Part shown: piece by piece, positions 51,269 to 63,695 of the stretch | How the letters are laid out: the number at the start of each line of letters is the position of its first letter | How positions within the stretch are numbered: position 1 is the first letter of the stretch | Assembly: GCA_963811165.1 (NCBI GenBank) | Contig: CAWEQH010000010.1 | Span: 1-64,000 of the forward strand | Direction: 5' to 3' | Origin: an uncultured Nitrospiraceae bacterium | Lineage (GTDB): Bacteria > Nitrospirota > Thermodesulfovibrionia > Thermodesulfovibrionales > UBA6898 | Length of the DNA stretch: 64,000 nucleotides | Notes under the pieces: generated by a model | The model's database searches: none | What the model was told of the DNA's origin: nothing | What the model saw: the letters and a program-made list of their open reading frames with translations, nothing else | Program-made: the position numbers and the translations under genes

Positions 51269-52855
51269 ATGAAAAAAATAGACACGAGTTCATGGACGCT
51301 TACGAAAAAATTCACCGTCAGCATCCTTATCGTCGTCCTGACGGTATTTGCGATCACATCGGTGATAATCAGCATGAACCAGAAAGCAGTGCTGATGAAC
51401 GGGCTCAAGGTGAAGGGTGAAAATCTGGCAAAGTTTTTGGCCGGGATCTCGGTTGAGCCGATACTGAGTTATAATTTCACGTATCTTGAAAATTTCGTCA
51501 GGGACGTGGCTGCCGGTGATAACGATATTGTCTACGCTGAGATATCAGATAAAGACGGAAACCCTTTAACCCATGGGATCAAGGCCGATGAGAAGACCAG
51601 GACTGACTTTATTGAGATTACGAGCCCTATTATGCAGGGCGAGGAGAAAATCGGAACGGTAAAAATCGTGTTTTCGACAAGCCGGATCAACGGGACCGTG
51701 AGAAAAAGCCAGATTATCCTGGCTGTACTGGCCGCGGCAACCATGGTCCTGATCTCTTTCATTGTTTTTTTGCTTTTCAGGGTGATTGCTATCAAACCGA
51801 TCGAGCAACTCAGGGCAGCCGTCGAGAACGTGGCCTCGGGAGACCTTAGTTCTGATATCGAGGTCAAAAAAAACGATGAGATCGGACTGCTCAACAGCGC
51901 CCTGAAGAACATGGTAGAGAGGTTGCGGGACACTGTCGCGGACGTAAAAGCCGCCTCAGGCAACGTGGCCTCCAGCAGTCAGCATCTGAGCTCGGGTTCA
52001 GAGGAGCTGTCTCAGGGCGCCTCTGAGCAGGCGAGCTCAGTGGAAGAGGTTTCTTCTTCGATGGAACAGATGGTATCGAACATACGCCAGAATGCGGACA
52101 ACGCGCAGCAGACAGAAAAGATAGCGCTGAAGTCGGCCAATGACGCAAAGGAGAGCGGGAAGGCGGTGAGCGAGACGGTCTCTGCGATGAAGGAGATCGC
52201 CGGGAAGATATCGATCATTGAAGAGATCGCGCGTCAAACGAACCTGCTGGCCTTAAACGCGGCGATAGAGGCAGCCCGGGCGGGGGAGCACGGCAAAGGG
52301 TTTGCGGTGGTGGCCGCCGAGGTGAGGAAACTTGCGGAGAGGAGTCAGGCAGCAGCCGGTGAGATCAGCGACCTGTCGTCCTCCTGTGTAAACGTAGCCG
52401 AGAGGGCCGGGGAGATGCTGGCGAAACTGGTGCCCGATATCCAGAAGACTGCGGAACTGGTGCAGGAGATCAACGCGGCCAGCGGGGAGCAAAACAGCGG
52501 AGCGGAGCAGATCAACAAGGCGATCCAGCAGCTCGACCAGATAGTGCAGCAGAATGCAGGCTCGGCAGAAGAGATGTCTTCCACTGCGGAAGAACTCGCG
52601 TCCCAGTCAGAGCATCTGCAGAGTGCAGTGGAATTTTTCAAGGTGGCCGATGACTCCGGAACAGGGACTGTTGTGACGGAGTCTGCTCCGAAAGCGGTCC
52701 ACAGGGCGAAGTTCGCCCGTTTTCGGCATGCAGGGGAAAAGGCGCAGAGGGCGATGGCCGCCCGAGTAGAGACTGTGGCAAAGAGGGCCGGCGTAGTACT
52801 GGATATGGGCAATGGCGGAAGAGATGCAGCGGACGACGAATTCGAGAAGTTCTAA
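51269..52855 (+). CDS. Methyl-accepting chemotaxis protein with small periplasmic domain
   Basis: 2 TM, HAMP, conserved signalling domain, ends EFEKF. Confidence 0.95.
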   Translation: MKKIDTSSWTLTKKFTVSILIVVLTVFAITSVIISMNQKAVLMNGLKVKGENLAKFLAGISVEPILSYNFTYLENFVRDVAAGDNDIVYAEISDKDGNPLTHGIKADEKTRTDFIEITSPIMQGEEKIGTVKIVFSTSRINGTVRKSQIILAVLAAATMVLISFIVFLLFRVIAIKPIEQLRAAVENVASGDLSSDIEVKKNDEIGLLNSALKNMVERLRDTVADVKAASGNVASSSQHLSSGSEELSQGASEQASSVEEVSSSMEQMVSNIRQNADNAQQTEKIALKSANDAKESGKAVSETVSAMKEIAGKISIIEEIARQTNLLALNAAIEAARAGEHGKGFAVVAAEVRKLAERSQAAAGEISDLSSSCVNVAERAGEMLAKLVPDIQKTAELVQEINAASGEQNSGAEQINKAIQQLDQIVQQNAGSAEEMSSTAEELASQSEHLQSAVEFFKVADDSGTGTVVTESAPKAVHRAKFARFRHAGEKAQRAMAARVETVAKRAGVVLDMGNGGRDAADDEFEKF

Positions 52856-53346
52856 GGGGGATGATATGGGCGTAACAGGAATATCGGAGACAACGCAATA
52901 TCTGACGTTCAAGCTTGAGGACGAAGTCTTCGCGCTGGACATCTCGAAGGTCCGGGAGGTCCTGGATTTTACGACGATCACGAAGGTGCCCCGGACCCCC
53001 GAGTTCATGCGCGGGGTAATTAACCTTCGCGGCAGTGTAGTGCCTGTGGTGGACATGAGGCTGAAGTTCAGGATGACCAGGACCGAGAAGACGGTGAATA
53101 CCTGCATCATCATCGTTGAGGTGATGGTGGACGGAGAGAGCATCATTCTCGGCACGCTGGCGGATTCGGTGCAGGAGGTGTTGGACCTTGACGCAGACCA
53201 TATCGAACCGGCGCCGAGGATAGGGACAAAGCTGAATACGGAGTTCATAAAAGGCATGGGGAAAAGGGATGCGCATTTCATCATCATCCTGGATATCGAT
53301 AAGGTATTCTCGACGGAGGAACTTGCCCTGGTGCAGGCCGAACAGG
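52400..53346 (+). repeat. Direct repeat copy A (MCP 3' end + cheW)
   Basis: Near-identical to 55255-56201 (offset 2855). Confidence 0.9.
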
Positions 53347-53378
53347 AAGAAGGCGCAAGCAAAGGCACAGGGAGTTAA
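52866..53378 (+). CDS. cheW: CheW
   Basis: QYLTFKL, GVINLRGSVVPVVD. Confidence 0.95.
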   Translation: MGVTGISETTQYLTFKLEDEVFALDISKVREVLDFTTITKVPRTPEFMRGVINLRGSVVPVVDMRLKFRMTRTEKTVNTCIIIVEVMVDGESIILGTLADSVQEVLDLDADHIEPAPRIGTKLNTEFIKGMGKRDAHFIIILDIDKVFSTEELALVQAEQEEGASKGTGS

Positions 53379-53427
53379 CGCCGGGCTTTGTCCGGCGTAT
53401 TATATTTTTCAACGAGGAGGAAGAACA

Positions 53428-53898
53428 ATGAAAAGGCTGGTTATGAGCGGGATGGTTATGCTTTTGTTGTTAGCGCTGGCAGGCATTGTTTCAGGTTCCG
53501 AAAAGGCAAAGCACGGGACAGCTGCTGAAGCGGAGGCGCTGGTGAAGAAGGCAGTCGCGTCGATGAAGACCAATGGGAAGGATACCACATTTGCCGAGAT
53601 CAATAATCCCAAAGGGAAGTTTACCGACAGGGATCTCTACATCTTTGTCTATGATATAAAAGGGAAATGTGTGGCCCATGGGCAGAACCCGAAGATGATC
53701 GGCAAAGAGCTCATCGAGATGAAGGACGCGGACGGAAAATATTTTGTAAAGGAGCGTGTCGAGATCGCGAAGTCAAAGGGCTCGGGATGGCAGGATTACA
53801 AATTTACCGATCCGCTCAGCAAAAAAATCGAGCACAAACGTGCATATGTCGAACGGTTTGGGGATTTCATCGTAGGGGCCGGTATCTACTTTGAGTAG
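53428..53898 (+). CDS. Stand-alone secreted single Cache domain protein
   Basis: Signal peptide, DLYIFVYD, AHG.NP...GK....KDADGK, GSGW.DY. Confidence 0.88.
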   Translation: MKRLVMSGMVMLLLLALAGIVSGSEKAKHGTAAEAEALVKKAVASMKTNGKDTTFAEINNPKGKFTDRDLYIFVYDIKGKCVAHGQNPKMIGKELIEMKDADGKYFVKERVEIAKSKGSGWQDYKFTDPLSKKIEHKRAYVERFGDFIVGAGIYFE

Positions 53899-53975
53899 TT
53901 GTTGCATCGGGAGGGAGGACGGCCGATGGTCGTTCTCCTTTTTCTCCCGCTGAAAAAGAGGAAAGGAGAAGTGAT

Positions 53976-55710
53976 ATGGATATGAAAATAAGATTGCAGA
54001 ATCTCAGTATGGCGGCAAAGATCTTGATAGCGCCGACCCTCATCATCGGATTCCTGCTCTTGTTCGGTGGTTCGTCCTATCTCGGACTGACAACTCAGAA
54101 GCGGGCGCTGAACGACATCTATAATAACCGGTTTAAGAACTATCAGACCAGCGCAATCCTTGTGAGGGACCTGACCGGCGTACATATGAGCACCTATCGA
54201 CTTCTGAGCTGGGAGGTTGCCCGGTATGACCGTGCCAAGATCGATGCCCTCGGCAAAGAGCAGCTGGCAATTCTTGAGCGGTCCGTGGAGAGCATCAAGG
54301 GCAGCATCGCATCGCCTTCGGTCAAAGCGGATGAGAAAAAGATTTACGAGTCTATTTTCAATGATCTCCTTGAATATCAAAAAGCGATCCAATCCGCCGT
54401 CGACCTTTCGTCGTCGGATCTGAATTTCGCGACCATGTTCATGGGGACGGCAGACGAAAAATTCCAGGTTCTCGAAAAGGTCATGGATGAGCTCCTGAAC
54501 CTTGAGAAAAAGATGAGCGAAAATACGTACGGGAGTGCTATGACGACCTTCGGCCGGGTAATCTCAGCCATGGCAACAGTGCTGGTAGTGGCTGTTGTAC
54601 TTTCCCTCCTGGTGAGTATTTTCATTGCGCGTAGCGTAACGCGGGTTTTGGGGGCCGAACCTCACATCCTAGCCGGTATTGCCAGGAAGATCGCAGACGG
54701 CAACCTGACCGTCCACTTCCAATCTAAAGGCACCCTTGGTGGCATTTATGCCGATATGCAGAAAATGGCTGAAAAGCTTAAGGAAGTGATTGCGGACGTA
54801 AAGTCCGCGGCGGAAAATGTGGCCTCGGGGAGCCAGCAGATGAGTTCCGGTTCCGAAGAGATGTCCCAGGGTGCGTCAGAGCAGGCGAGCTCAGTGGAAG
54901 AGGTTTCTTCTTCGATGGAACAGATGGTATCGAACATACGCCAGAATGCGGACAACGCGCAGCAGACAGAAAAGATAGCGCTGAAGTCGGCCAATGACGC
55001 AAAGGAGAGCGGCAAGAGCGGTAGCCGAGACCGTGGCCGCCATGAAAGACATCGCCGGGAAGATATCGATCATCGAAGAGATCGCGCGTCAAACGAACCT
55101 GCTGGCCTTAAACGCGGCGATAGAGGCAGCCCGGGCGGGGGAGCACGGCAAAGGGTTTGCGGTGGTGGCCGCCGAGGTGAGGAAACTTGCGGAGAGGAGT
55201 CAGGCAGCAGCGGCAGAGATCAGCCAGTTGTCCTCCTCAAGCGTCCAAGTGGCGGAGAGGGCCGGGGAGATGCTGGCGAAACTGGTGCCCGATATCCAGA
55301 AGACTGCGGAACTGGTGCAGGAGATCAACGCGGCCAGCGGGGAGCAAAACAGCGGAGCGGAGCAGATCAACAAGGCCATCCAGCAGCTCGACCAGATAGT
55401 GCAGCAGAATGCAGGCTCGGCAGAAGAGATGTCTTCCACTGCGGAAGAACTCGCGTCCCAGTCAGAGCATCTGCAGAGTGCAGTGGAATTTTTCAAGGTG
55501 GCCGATGACTCCGGAACAGGGACTGTTGTGACGGAGTCTGCTCCGAAAGCGGTCCACAGGGCGAAGTTCGCCCGTTTTCGGCATGCAGGGGAAAAGGCGC
55601 AGAGGGCGATGGCCGCCCGAGTAGAGACTGTGGCAAAGAGGGCCGGCGTAGTACTGGATATGGGCAATGGCGGAAGAGATGCAGCGGACGACGAATTCGA
55701 GAAGTTCTAA
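53976..55710 (+). CDS. Methyl-accepting chemotaxis protein with a +1 frameshift near 55014-55017
   Basis: Helical periplasmic domain, HAMP; signalling domain continues in ORF 54994-55710. Confidence 0.88.
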
Positions 55711-56201
55711 GGGGGATGATATGGGCGTAACAGGAATATCGGAGACAACGCAATATCTGACGTTCAAGCTTGAGGACGAAGTCTTCGCGCTGGACATCTC
55801 GAAGGTCCGGGAGGTCCTGGATTTTACGACGATCACGAAGGTGCCCCGGACCCCCGAGTTCATGCGCGGGGTAATTAACCTTCGCGGCAGTGTAGTGCCT
55901 GTGGTGGACATGAGGCTGAAGTTCAGGATGACCAGGACCGAGAAGACGGTGAATACCTGCATCATCATCGTTGAGGTGATGGTGGACGGAGAGAGCATCA
56001 TTCTCGGCACGCTGGCGGATTCGGTGCAGGAGGTGTTGGACCTTGACGCAGACCATATCGAACCGGCGCCGAGGATAGGGACAAAGCTGAATACGGAGTT
56101 CATAAAAGGCATGGGGAAAAGGGATGCGCATTTCATCATCATCCTGGATATCGATAAGGTATTCTCGACGGAGGAACTTGCCCTGGTGCAGGCCGAACAG
56201 G
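55255..56201 (+). repeat. Direct repeat copy B (MCP 3' end + cheW)
   Basis: Near-identical to 52400-53346. Confidence 0.9.
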
Positions 56202-56230
56202 CAACTGCAGCAGTAAAGGGGGAGCAATAG
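55721..56230 (+). CDS. cheW: CheW
   Basis: Same as the second cheW except for the last residues. Confidence 0.95.
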   Translation: MGVTGISETTQYLTFKLEDEVFALDISKVREVLDFTTITKVPRTPEFMRGVINLRGSVVPVVDMRLKFRMTRTEKTVNTCIIIVEVMVDGESIILGTLADSVQEVLDLDADHIEPAPRIGTKLNTEFIKGMGKRDAHFIIILDIDKVFSTEELALVQAEQATAAVKGEQ

Positions 56231-56375
56231 TGCCTGGCTTTGCCCACAGGCGCATGGAGGGCGAAATGATGACCAGGGGCAATGGCGGAAGAGATGCAGC
56301 AGACGAAGGGACAATAACGGCTGCGCAATATCCGACCTTCAAACTGACTGCGGGGCCTATGGTGAGTGATAGGAA

Positions 56376-57260
56376 ATGGAAATAGCGGTGGAGTATAAGA
56401 CCCATCAACAAAGGGCGGTAATGCAGACGGTGCTTTGCGAAAGAGATTTCCTTCGCCTGAGCGGGCTTGTATATGCAAAATGCGGCATCAAGATGCCTGC
56501 ATCGAAGAAGATCATGCTTGAGGCGCGGGTGCGGAAGAGGCTGAGGGAACTCGGCATGGACTCATTCCGCCAGTACTGCGATTATCTTTTCAGCAAGGAA
56601 GGCATGGGACGCGAGCTGATACCCATGATCGATGCGGTGACGACCAACAAGACCGATTTCTTCAGGGAGCCGAGGCATTTTGATTATCTGGTCGAGACCG
56701 CGCTTCCCGGGTTAATGAAAACCCACGGCTCCGGCATCAGCAGGAAACTGGCGGTATGGTCTGCGGGATGCTCTACGGGAGAGGAGCCGTATACCCTTGC
56801 GATGGTCCTTAATGAATTCAGGGAAAGAAGACCTGCCTTTCATTTCTTAGTCCTTGCCACGGACATTTCGACAAAAGTTCTGGACAGGGCGATACGCGGG
56901 ATCTATAAACAGGAGAAGGCTGAGACAGTGCCCGCGGAATTAAAGAAAAAGTATCTCCTGAGAAGCAGGGACAGGGGCCAGGGACTCGTTAGGATTGTAC
57001 CTGAGCTAAGGTCTCAGGTCCGGTTTCGCAGGCTGAACTTCATGGATGAGGATTTCGGGATGAGGGAGCCCATGGATATCATCTTCTGCCGAAACGTGAT
57101 CATTTACTTCGACAGGCCGACACAGGAGAAGCTGGTAAACAGGTTATACAATCATCTGATACCCGGGGGATACCTTTTTATGGGACATTCTGAGACGTTG
57201 AGCGGATTGTGTGTTCCATTGGTTTCTGTGGGTCCCATGGTCTACAGGAAGCCCTTATGA
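56376..57260 (+). CDS. cheR: Chemotaxis methyltransferase CheR
   Basis: TTNKTDFFRE, WSAGCSTGEEPY, IFCRNVIIYF, GHSE. Confidence 0.96.
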   Translation: MEIAVEYKTHQQRAVMQTVLCERDFLRLSGLVYAKCGIKMPASKKIMLEARVRKRLRELGMDSFRQYCDYLFSKEGMGRELIPMIDAVTTNKTDFFREPRHFDYLVETALPGLMKTHGSGISRKLAVWSAGCSTGEEPYTLAMVLNEFRERRPAFHFLVLATDISTKVLDRAIRGIYKQEKAETVPAELKKKYLLRSRDRGQGLVRIVPELRSQVRFRRLNFMDEDFGMREPMDIIFCRNVIIYFDRPTQEKLVNRLYNHLIPGGYLFMGHSETLSGLCVPLVSVGPMVYRKPL

Positions 57261-57766
57261 GCCTGCTAAAGGACCCGGTCCTTGACACGGTCTATCTCCA
57301 TCCCGGAGAAATCTGCATTACCAAGAGAGCGAAGAGGGTAATCACCGTGCTCGGCTCATGCGTATCAGTGACGATGTTCAATCCACGCTTGCGGGCAGGC
57401 GCAATCTGTCACGGGACATTGCCCAGTTGCCGGACCGGAGAAGAATGCTACGAACCCTGCATCGAGGCCTTCAAGTTCATGGACTGCTCCATAAGATATA
57501 TGCTCGAAAGGTTTAGGAAGTACGGTATCACGAATGATGAAATTGAAATAAAGATATTCGGCGGCGCTGATACGCTGAGGTCAAAGAGCAGTAACAGCAT
57601 AGGGGGCCAGAATGTGAAGACCACGCTGCATGTCATCGGCAGGGAAAAGATGCGGGTTGTTGCCGCGGATGTGGGTGACTCCTTTGGACGCAAGCTGGTT
57701 TTTTTCACCCATACGGGCGAAGTCTTCCTGAAGCGCCTGAAAAACTACAACAACAGGAATCGGTAG
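57257..57766 (+). CDS. cheD: Chemoreceptor deamidase CheD
   Basis: TVLGSCVSV, ICHG.LP, KIFGGA, DVG...GRK. Confidence 0.93.
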   Translation: MSLLKDPVLDTVYLHPGEICITKRAKRVITVLGSCVSVTMFNPRLRAGAICHGTLPSCRTGEECYEPCIEAFKFMDCSIRYMLERFRKYGITNDEIEIKIFGGADTLRSKSSNSIGGQNVKTTLHVIGREKMRVVAADVGDSFGRKLVFFTHTGEVFLKRLKNYNNRNR

Positions 57767-58861
<1,095 letters not shown>

Positions 58862-59024
58862 TATTTCATAGTACAATTCAACCGTAATCGAACACGAGTG
58901 AACTTTGCCCCACCTCGTTGACTTATCGTATAGGGCTTGATAGCATTTGACCAATGAAGGCTTGCCGTGGATTGATAAAGTCCCTGCAACTGCCGCTTTA
59001 GCGCAATGCCAAAGGACCTGAAAC

Positions 59025-59753
59025 ATGAAACTCTATATCGGTACGAGCGGGTTTGGGTACAAGGAATGGAAAGGGAAATTCTATCCTGACAAGATTTTGC
59101 CGAAGGAGATGCTTCGCGTCTATTCGGAGCGCCTCAATGCGGTAGAGATCAATAATACTTTTTATCACATGCCCGCAGAGGGAGTCCTTGCATCCTGGGC
59201 AGAACAGGTTCCCGACGACTTCGTCTTTGCGCTCAAGGCGCCCCAGGTCATTACTCATCTGAAGCGGCTGAGAAATGTGGGGGAGGAGACCGGGTACCTA
59301 TTCAGAACCCTATTGGTTCTCAAGAGGAAACTGGGTCCGGTCCTGTTCCAGTTTCCCGGGAGTTTCCGTGCAGACCGTCCGGCGCTCGAGGCATTCCTCT
59401 CCCTGATTCCCGGCAATATGTCCTGTGCCTTCGAGTTCAGAAGCCCATCCTGGCTCGATGTTGAAATCCCGGCCCTCCTCCGCGAAAAGGGATTCAGCCT
59501 CTGTATCGCAGATACCGATGAGGAGCCGGCAAACGAGATCATCGGCACGGCATCTTGGGGATACGTGCGCCTGCGCCGTTCCGATTACACGGATGCCGAT
59601 CTGTCACAGTGGATGGAAAGAGTTCTTTCGCAAAAATGGGAGAGGGCATTCGTTTTTTTTAAACATGAGGAAGAAGCCAAAGGGCCGGAAATGGCGATGC
59701 GTTTTCAGGAACTTGCCGAATCAAAGGTGAAGAAAGACAAGAAGAGAAAATAG
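59025..59753 (+). CDS. DUF72 family protein
   Basis: IGTSGF.Y..W...FYP, VEINNTFY, ITH.KRL, LFQFP, FEFR..SW. Confidence 0.9.
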   Translation: MKLYIGTSGFGYKEWKGKFYPDKILPKEMLRVYSERLNAVEINNTFYHMPAEGVLASWAEQVPDDFVFALKAPQVITHLKRLRNVGEETGYLFRTLLVLKRKLGPVLFQFPGSFRADRPALEAFLSLIPGNMSCAFEFRSPSWLDVEIPALLREKGFSLCIADTDEEPANEIIGTASWGYVRLRRSDYTDADLSQWMERVLSQKWERAFVFFKHEEEAKGPEMAMRFQELAESKVKKDKKRK

Positions 59754-59769
59754 TGGGTATCTTGCATCA

Positions 59770-62093
59770 ATGCCTAGGACATCTCAAATAGCCCAGGTTG
59801 GTAAGCGAAAGATCGAACTTTCGAATCTGGAAAAGGTTCTCTACCCCGACGACCATATCCTCAAGGCGGAGCTGATCGAATATTATCTGAAGGTCGCCCC
59901 GACAATACTTTCGCATTCAAAGGGTCGCCCGCTTTCGCTCGTACGCTACCCCGACGGCATTGACGGCGAAAGGTTTTTTCAGAAGAACAGGCCCGAATGG
60001 GCGCCCGAGTGGATAGAGCATATAGTTCTTGGGTCCGAACGAGAGGAAAAGGTCGATTACGTTATCGCAACCGAGGAAGCCTCTTTGGTTTGGCTCGCAA
60101 ACCTTGCATGCATCGAGCTTCATCAGATGCATTGCCGCTCGCCCCATTTCGATAAACCCGACTACTTCGTTTTTGATCTTGACCCACCCGAAAAGTATAA
60201 GTTCGCCGATCTCGTGGCGATCGCTGTAGGGATGAAAGAGCATATCGAAAACTTCGGCTATCACCCCTTTGTAAAGACGACCGGGAGAAAAGGTCTTCAC
60301 ATAGTTGTCCCCATCGAACCGAAATGGACATTCGACAAGGTCTTTGAGACGGCAAAGGAAGTGGCAAAACCGTTTGTCGAAGCACATGGCGGTTCGACTA
60401 CGCTGATCGTCAAGAAAGAGGCGCGCAAAGGGAAGGTGCTTGTGGACATCTATCGAAACCGGCCGTATCAGACGATTGTGTCGGCATACAGCGTGCGCGG
60501 TCTTCCGGGGGCCCCTGTGTCTATGCCACTTCGATGGGAGGAGTTGGGGGACATCGGCAGTTCCGCTGATTTTACCCTGCGGGCTGTTCCGGACTACGTA
60601 ATACGTAACGGCGATGCATGGGAAGGGATTGCGGCATATGCGGTCGGCCTTCATACGGAGAAGAAGGCGGGCAGGAGGAAAGTTGGGCCGCCTCTGAAAC
60701 AGAAGACCCCTGAAATGCTGAGTGTATACGCAAGAAAGAGGAGTTTTCTTAAGACCCCTGAACCTTTGCCTTTGATGTCGGTCGGGAAGGGAGATGTATT
60801 TGTGCTCCACAGGCACCACGCAACCCGTCTTCATTATGATCTCAGGCTTGAGAAGGGGGGGGTCTTAAAGTCCTGGGCGGTCCCGAAAGGGCTTCCTCCA
60901 AGACCGGGCATCATGCGGCTTGCGGTATCTACCGAAGACCATCCCCTGGACTACATAAACTTCGAAGGAACGATTCCCAAGGGGCAATATGGCGCAGGGG
61001 AGATGTGGATCTACGGACGCGGCAGATACGAAATCACGAAAGAGAAAAAAAAGGATTTCACTTCCGGCTCGAAGGCAGCGAAATAAACGCAGAGTACAGT
61101 ATGCACCCAAGCGGAGAAAAAGAATGGCTGATCAGCAGAGTCGACAGGCCGCAGGTCGATTGGCTTCGTGATCCGATCGAGCCGATGCTTTCTCAGACGG
61201 CAGCTGAGGTGCCAAGCCATAAAGACTGTCTCTATGAAGTCAAATGGGACGGCATCCGCGCGTTGATCGCGGTGGACGAAGGCGAGATAAGAATCCACAG
61301 CCGTAACCGCCTCGACATAACCTCCAGGTTCCCTGAACTCCTTCTGCCCGATCGGGCATTCAGAGCGACTTCTGCATTGTTCGACGCCGAGATCGTCTGT
61401 CTTGACGATGACGGAAAGCCCGTCTTTCAAAACGTGATACACAGGATTCAGCAAAAAGGCGAAGGCGCGGTTGAACGTGCGAGGGTCAAATATCCTGCTG
61501 TCTGCTATGTCTTTGATTGTCTCTACTTAGACGGCCGGCCGATTATAAATGAGCCGCTCGTTCGAAGACGGCAATGGCTTGAGGACGTTATCAGGCGTGA
61601 TACGCCCTATCGGGTGAGTGAGGCGGTTAACGAAGGGGAAGAGTTATTCAAGGCCGCGGTGAAAATGGGACTCGAGGGGATAATGGCAAAAGAGAAAAAC
61701 AGCGCCTATCATCCCGGCACGAGAAGTGCTGCGTGGGTGAAGATAAAGAAACGGCAGACGACGGAGTGTGTCATTGTAGGGTATACAAAAGGCAAGGGAG
61801 ACCGCGAGGATATGTTTGGGGCGCTACAGCTTGCCCGGCGTGAAGGCGGTACATTTCGGTATGTGGGCAAGGTCGGGACTGGATTTGATAGTAAGTCGAT
61901 GAAAGAGACATTCGCCCAATTGAAAAATATTAAGCATGTAAAAAGACCGGTCAAAGAAAAACCGGTTGACGATGCACAGACTGTGTGGATAGAGCCCAGG
62001 GCGATCTGCGAGGTGCAGTTTGCTTCAGTGACAAAAGACGGGATGCTTCGCGAGCCGGTGTTTCTCAGGCTCCGGCCGGATCTGGCTGAGTGA
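59770..62093 (+). CDS. ligD: NHEJ DNA ligase D (polymerase-phosphoesterase-ligase), split by a frameshift at the A8 run 61045-61052
   Basis: RYPDG, FFQK, FDLDP, KTTGRKGLH (Pol); HATRLHYDLRLE, SWAVPKG (PE); YEVKWDGIR, EGIMAK, GKVGTGF (ligase). Confidence 0.9.
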
Positions 62094-62220
62094 CACATAT
62101 GGAAGATTAAGACTTGTCAGATACCCTCAGGTTCAGTCTCGATGTCTTCCTGTTATCGACACGCGACGCATGGAACTCTTTATTGCATTACACGGTACAA
62201 ACGGTGAGGCTGCAAGTTCC

Positions 62221-63567
62221 TCACTTTAGGGGTAACTCTTTACTTGTGAAAGTAATTTTAAATAATTCAGGTGTTGGCAGTCCAAACCTTCGAGAAAAAG
62301 AGCTGGGATAAGGAAGATAATTCAGACTGGCCCTCAGGGTTATTTTATTTTTGACATTTTTCGGAACTTTAAAATAATACGTTTCTTTCCGTAGTTCCGA
62401 TGCATTCAATCTGTTATCGAATATGATTCTCACTGCATTGTATGAAGACAGGGTCTGTATATCTGCTTTATCGACCAAGATTGCCCGATAGATTCTGGTT
62501 CCCTTCGGGATATCCTCTCCCAGGATCTCCTGATCGAATGGTCCTTTACCGGTGACGTCGTATGTGTCGGCCCCCATCGACGGGGCGGGAATGGGTATTG
62601 TCTTATATCCGTCATAGGCTTCGAGCTGCAGCCATAATTGCCTGAGGTCTGCGCTCCCTGACGGCATTTTATGTCCGGTTTTTGAGTTGTCAATAAAAAT
62701 ATAAATTTTCACTTCATCACCTGGCGACACAACAGGCTTTTCTGTTTCTATATGCAGTGTGATTCCCCCAGACCCCGAAATCTGAGTTTTGGAATGCGCC
62801 CCAGGGAAACGGTGTGTATAAAGTCTTGGCCGGTAGGGCGCCCTAACAATAGAACTGTAGGGACTAACTGCGCACCCCTGTTCATAAACAGGTTTCCCTT
62901 CCGTAAGAAACCCGATGGTGTTCATGTGACAGTCCTGGCACTGAATTTTTTTTTCAGCGTATATGCTATTCTTCCATTCTGTAAAGGTAGATTTAGTTTC
63001 GAGACCATAGCGGTTGAACCCGTTATGACAGATCCCGCAAAATTCACTTTTCGTATGCAGCTCCGAATAGGCGTGATGCCAGCCTTTTTTTTCTTCAAAG
63101 GGTCCCAAGGCACGTTCCCGAAAGGGTTTCGAGATGTAATTGCCGTTTCCAGGCGACTCGCCATCATATCCCGTTATGGTGTGACAGAAGGCACACCCGA
63201 CTCCGGACCAATTCGGGTTAACCTGGTCTTCTGAAAATATGCGCCCATTCAGAACGATAAAATCTATCGGGGAATGGCAAGTTATGCAGGTTTTTGCTTC
63301 CTCGTAAAGTTCCGGATCTTTCTTGGCTTCAGGCAAAAGTTCTTTAAAGTATTGACCCTTGAAAACAGGGTCCGAAAAAGATTGAGCATGATAAGATTGT
63401 GCATGCTGATATACAATCTTTTCATGGCATGCCTGGCATGCAAAAGAGGAAAAATATCTGTTATACTCCCTTTGGATGGATTCCGGCAACGGCGGAGCTG
63501 GGAATGCAAGAGATGCGAACAAAAGGATGACGCCGATTGTAGCGGTCCCTCTTAGGATGATCCACAT
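62221..63567 (-). CDS. Periplasmic multiheme cytochrome c (5 CxxCH)
   Basis: Signal peptide; CQACH, CITCH, CAFCH, CGICH, CQDCH; H.FPG and GHKMPSG motifs. Confidence 0.9.
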   Translation of the reverse strand: MWIILRGTATIGVILLFASLAFPAPPLPESIQREYNRYFSSFACQACHEKIVYQHAQSYHAQSFSDPVFKGQYFKELLPEAKKDPELYEEAKTCITCHSPIDFIVLNGRIFSEDQVNPNWSGVGCAFCHTITGYDGESPGNGNYISKPFRERALGPFEEKKGWHHAYSELHTKSEFCGICHNGFNRYGLETKSTFTEWKNSIYAEKKIQCQDCHMNTIGFLTEGKPVYEQGCAVSPYSSIVRAPYRPRLYTHRFPGAHSKTQISGSGGITLHIETEKPVVSPGDEVKIYIFIDNSKTGHKMPSGSADLRQLWLQLEAYDGYKTIPIPAPSMGADTYDVTGKGPFDQEILGEDIPKGTRIYRAILVDKADIQTLSSYNAVRIIFDNRLNASELRKETYYFKVPKNVKNKITLRASLNYLPYPSSFSRRFGLPTPELFKITFTSKELPLK

Positions 63568-63695
63568 CTTTCGCCTCTCTCAATCAAACACTATCAAATC
63601 ACACTCACCATGTCAAGAGAACGTCTCGAAGAAAGTGCTCTTTCATTTATTAATTTTATTCAGCCGCGTCAAAGACGCCCGGATACAGATCCGAG

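Noticed and set aside
55016..55508. Novel Gly/Arg-rich MCP C-terminus in ORF 53976-55508
   Set aside because: Out-of-frame translation after the single-base frameshift
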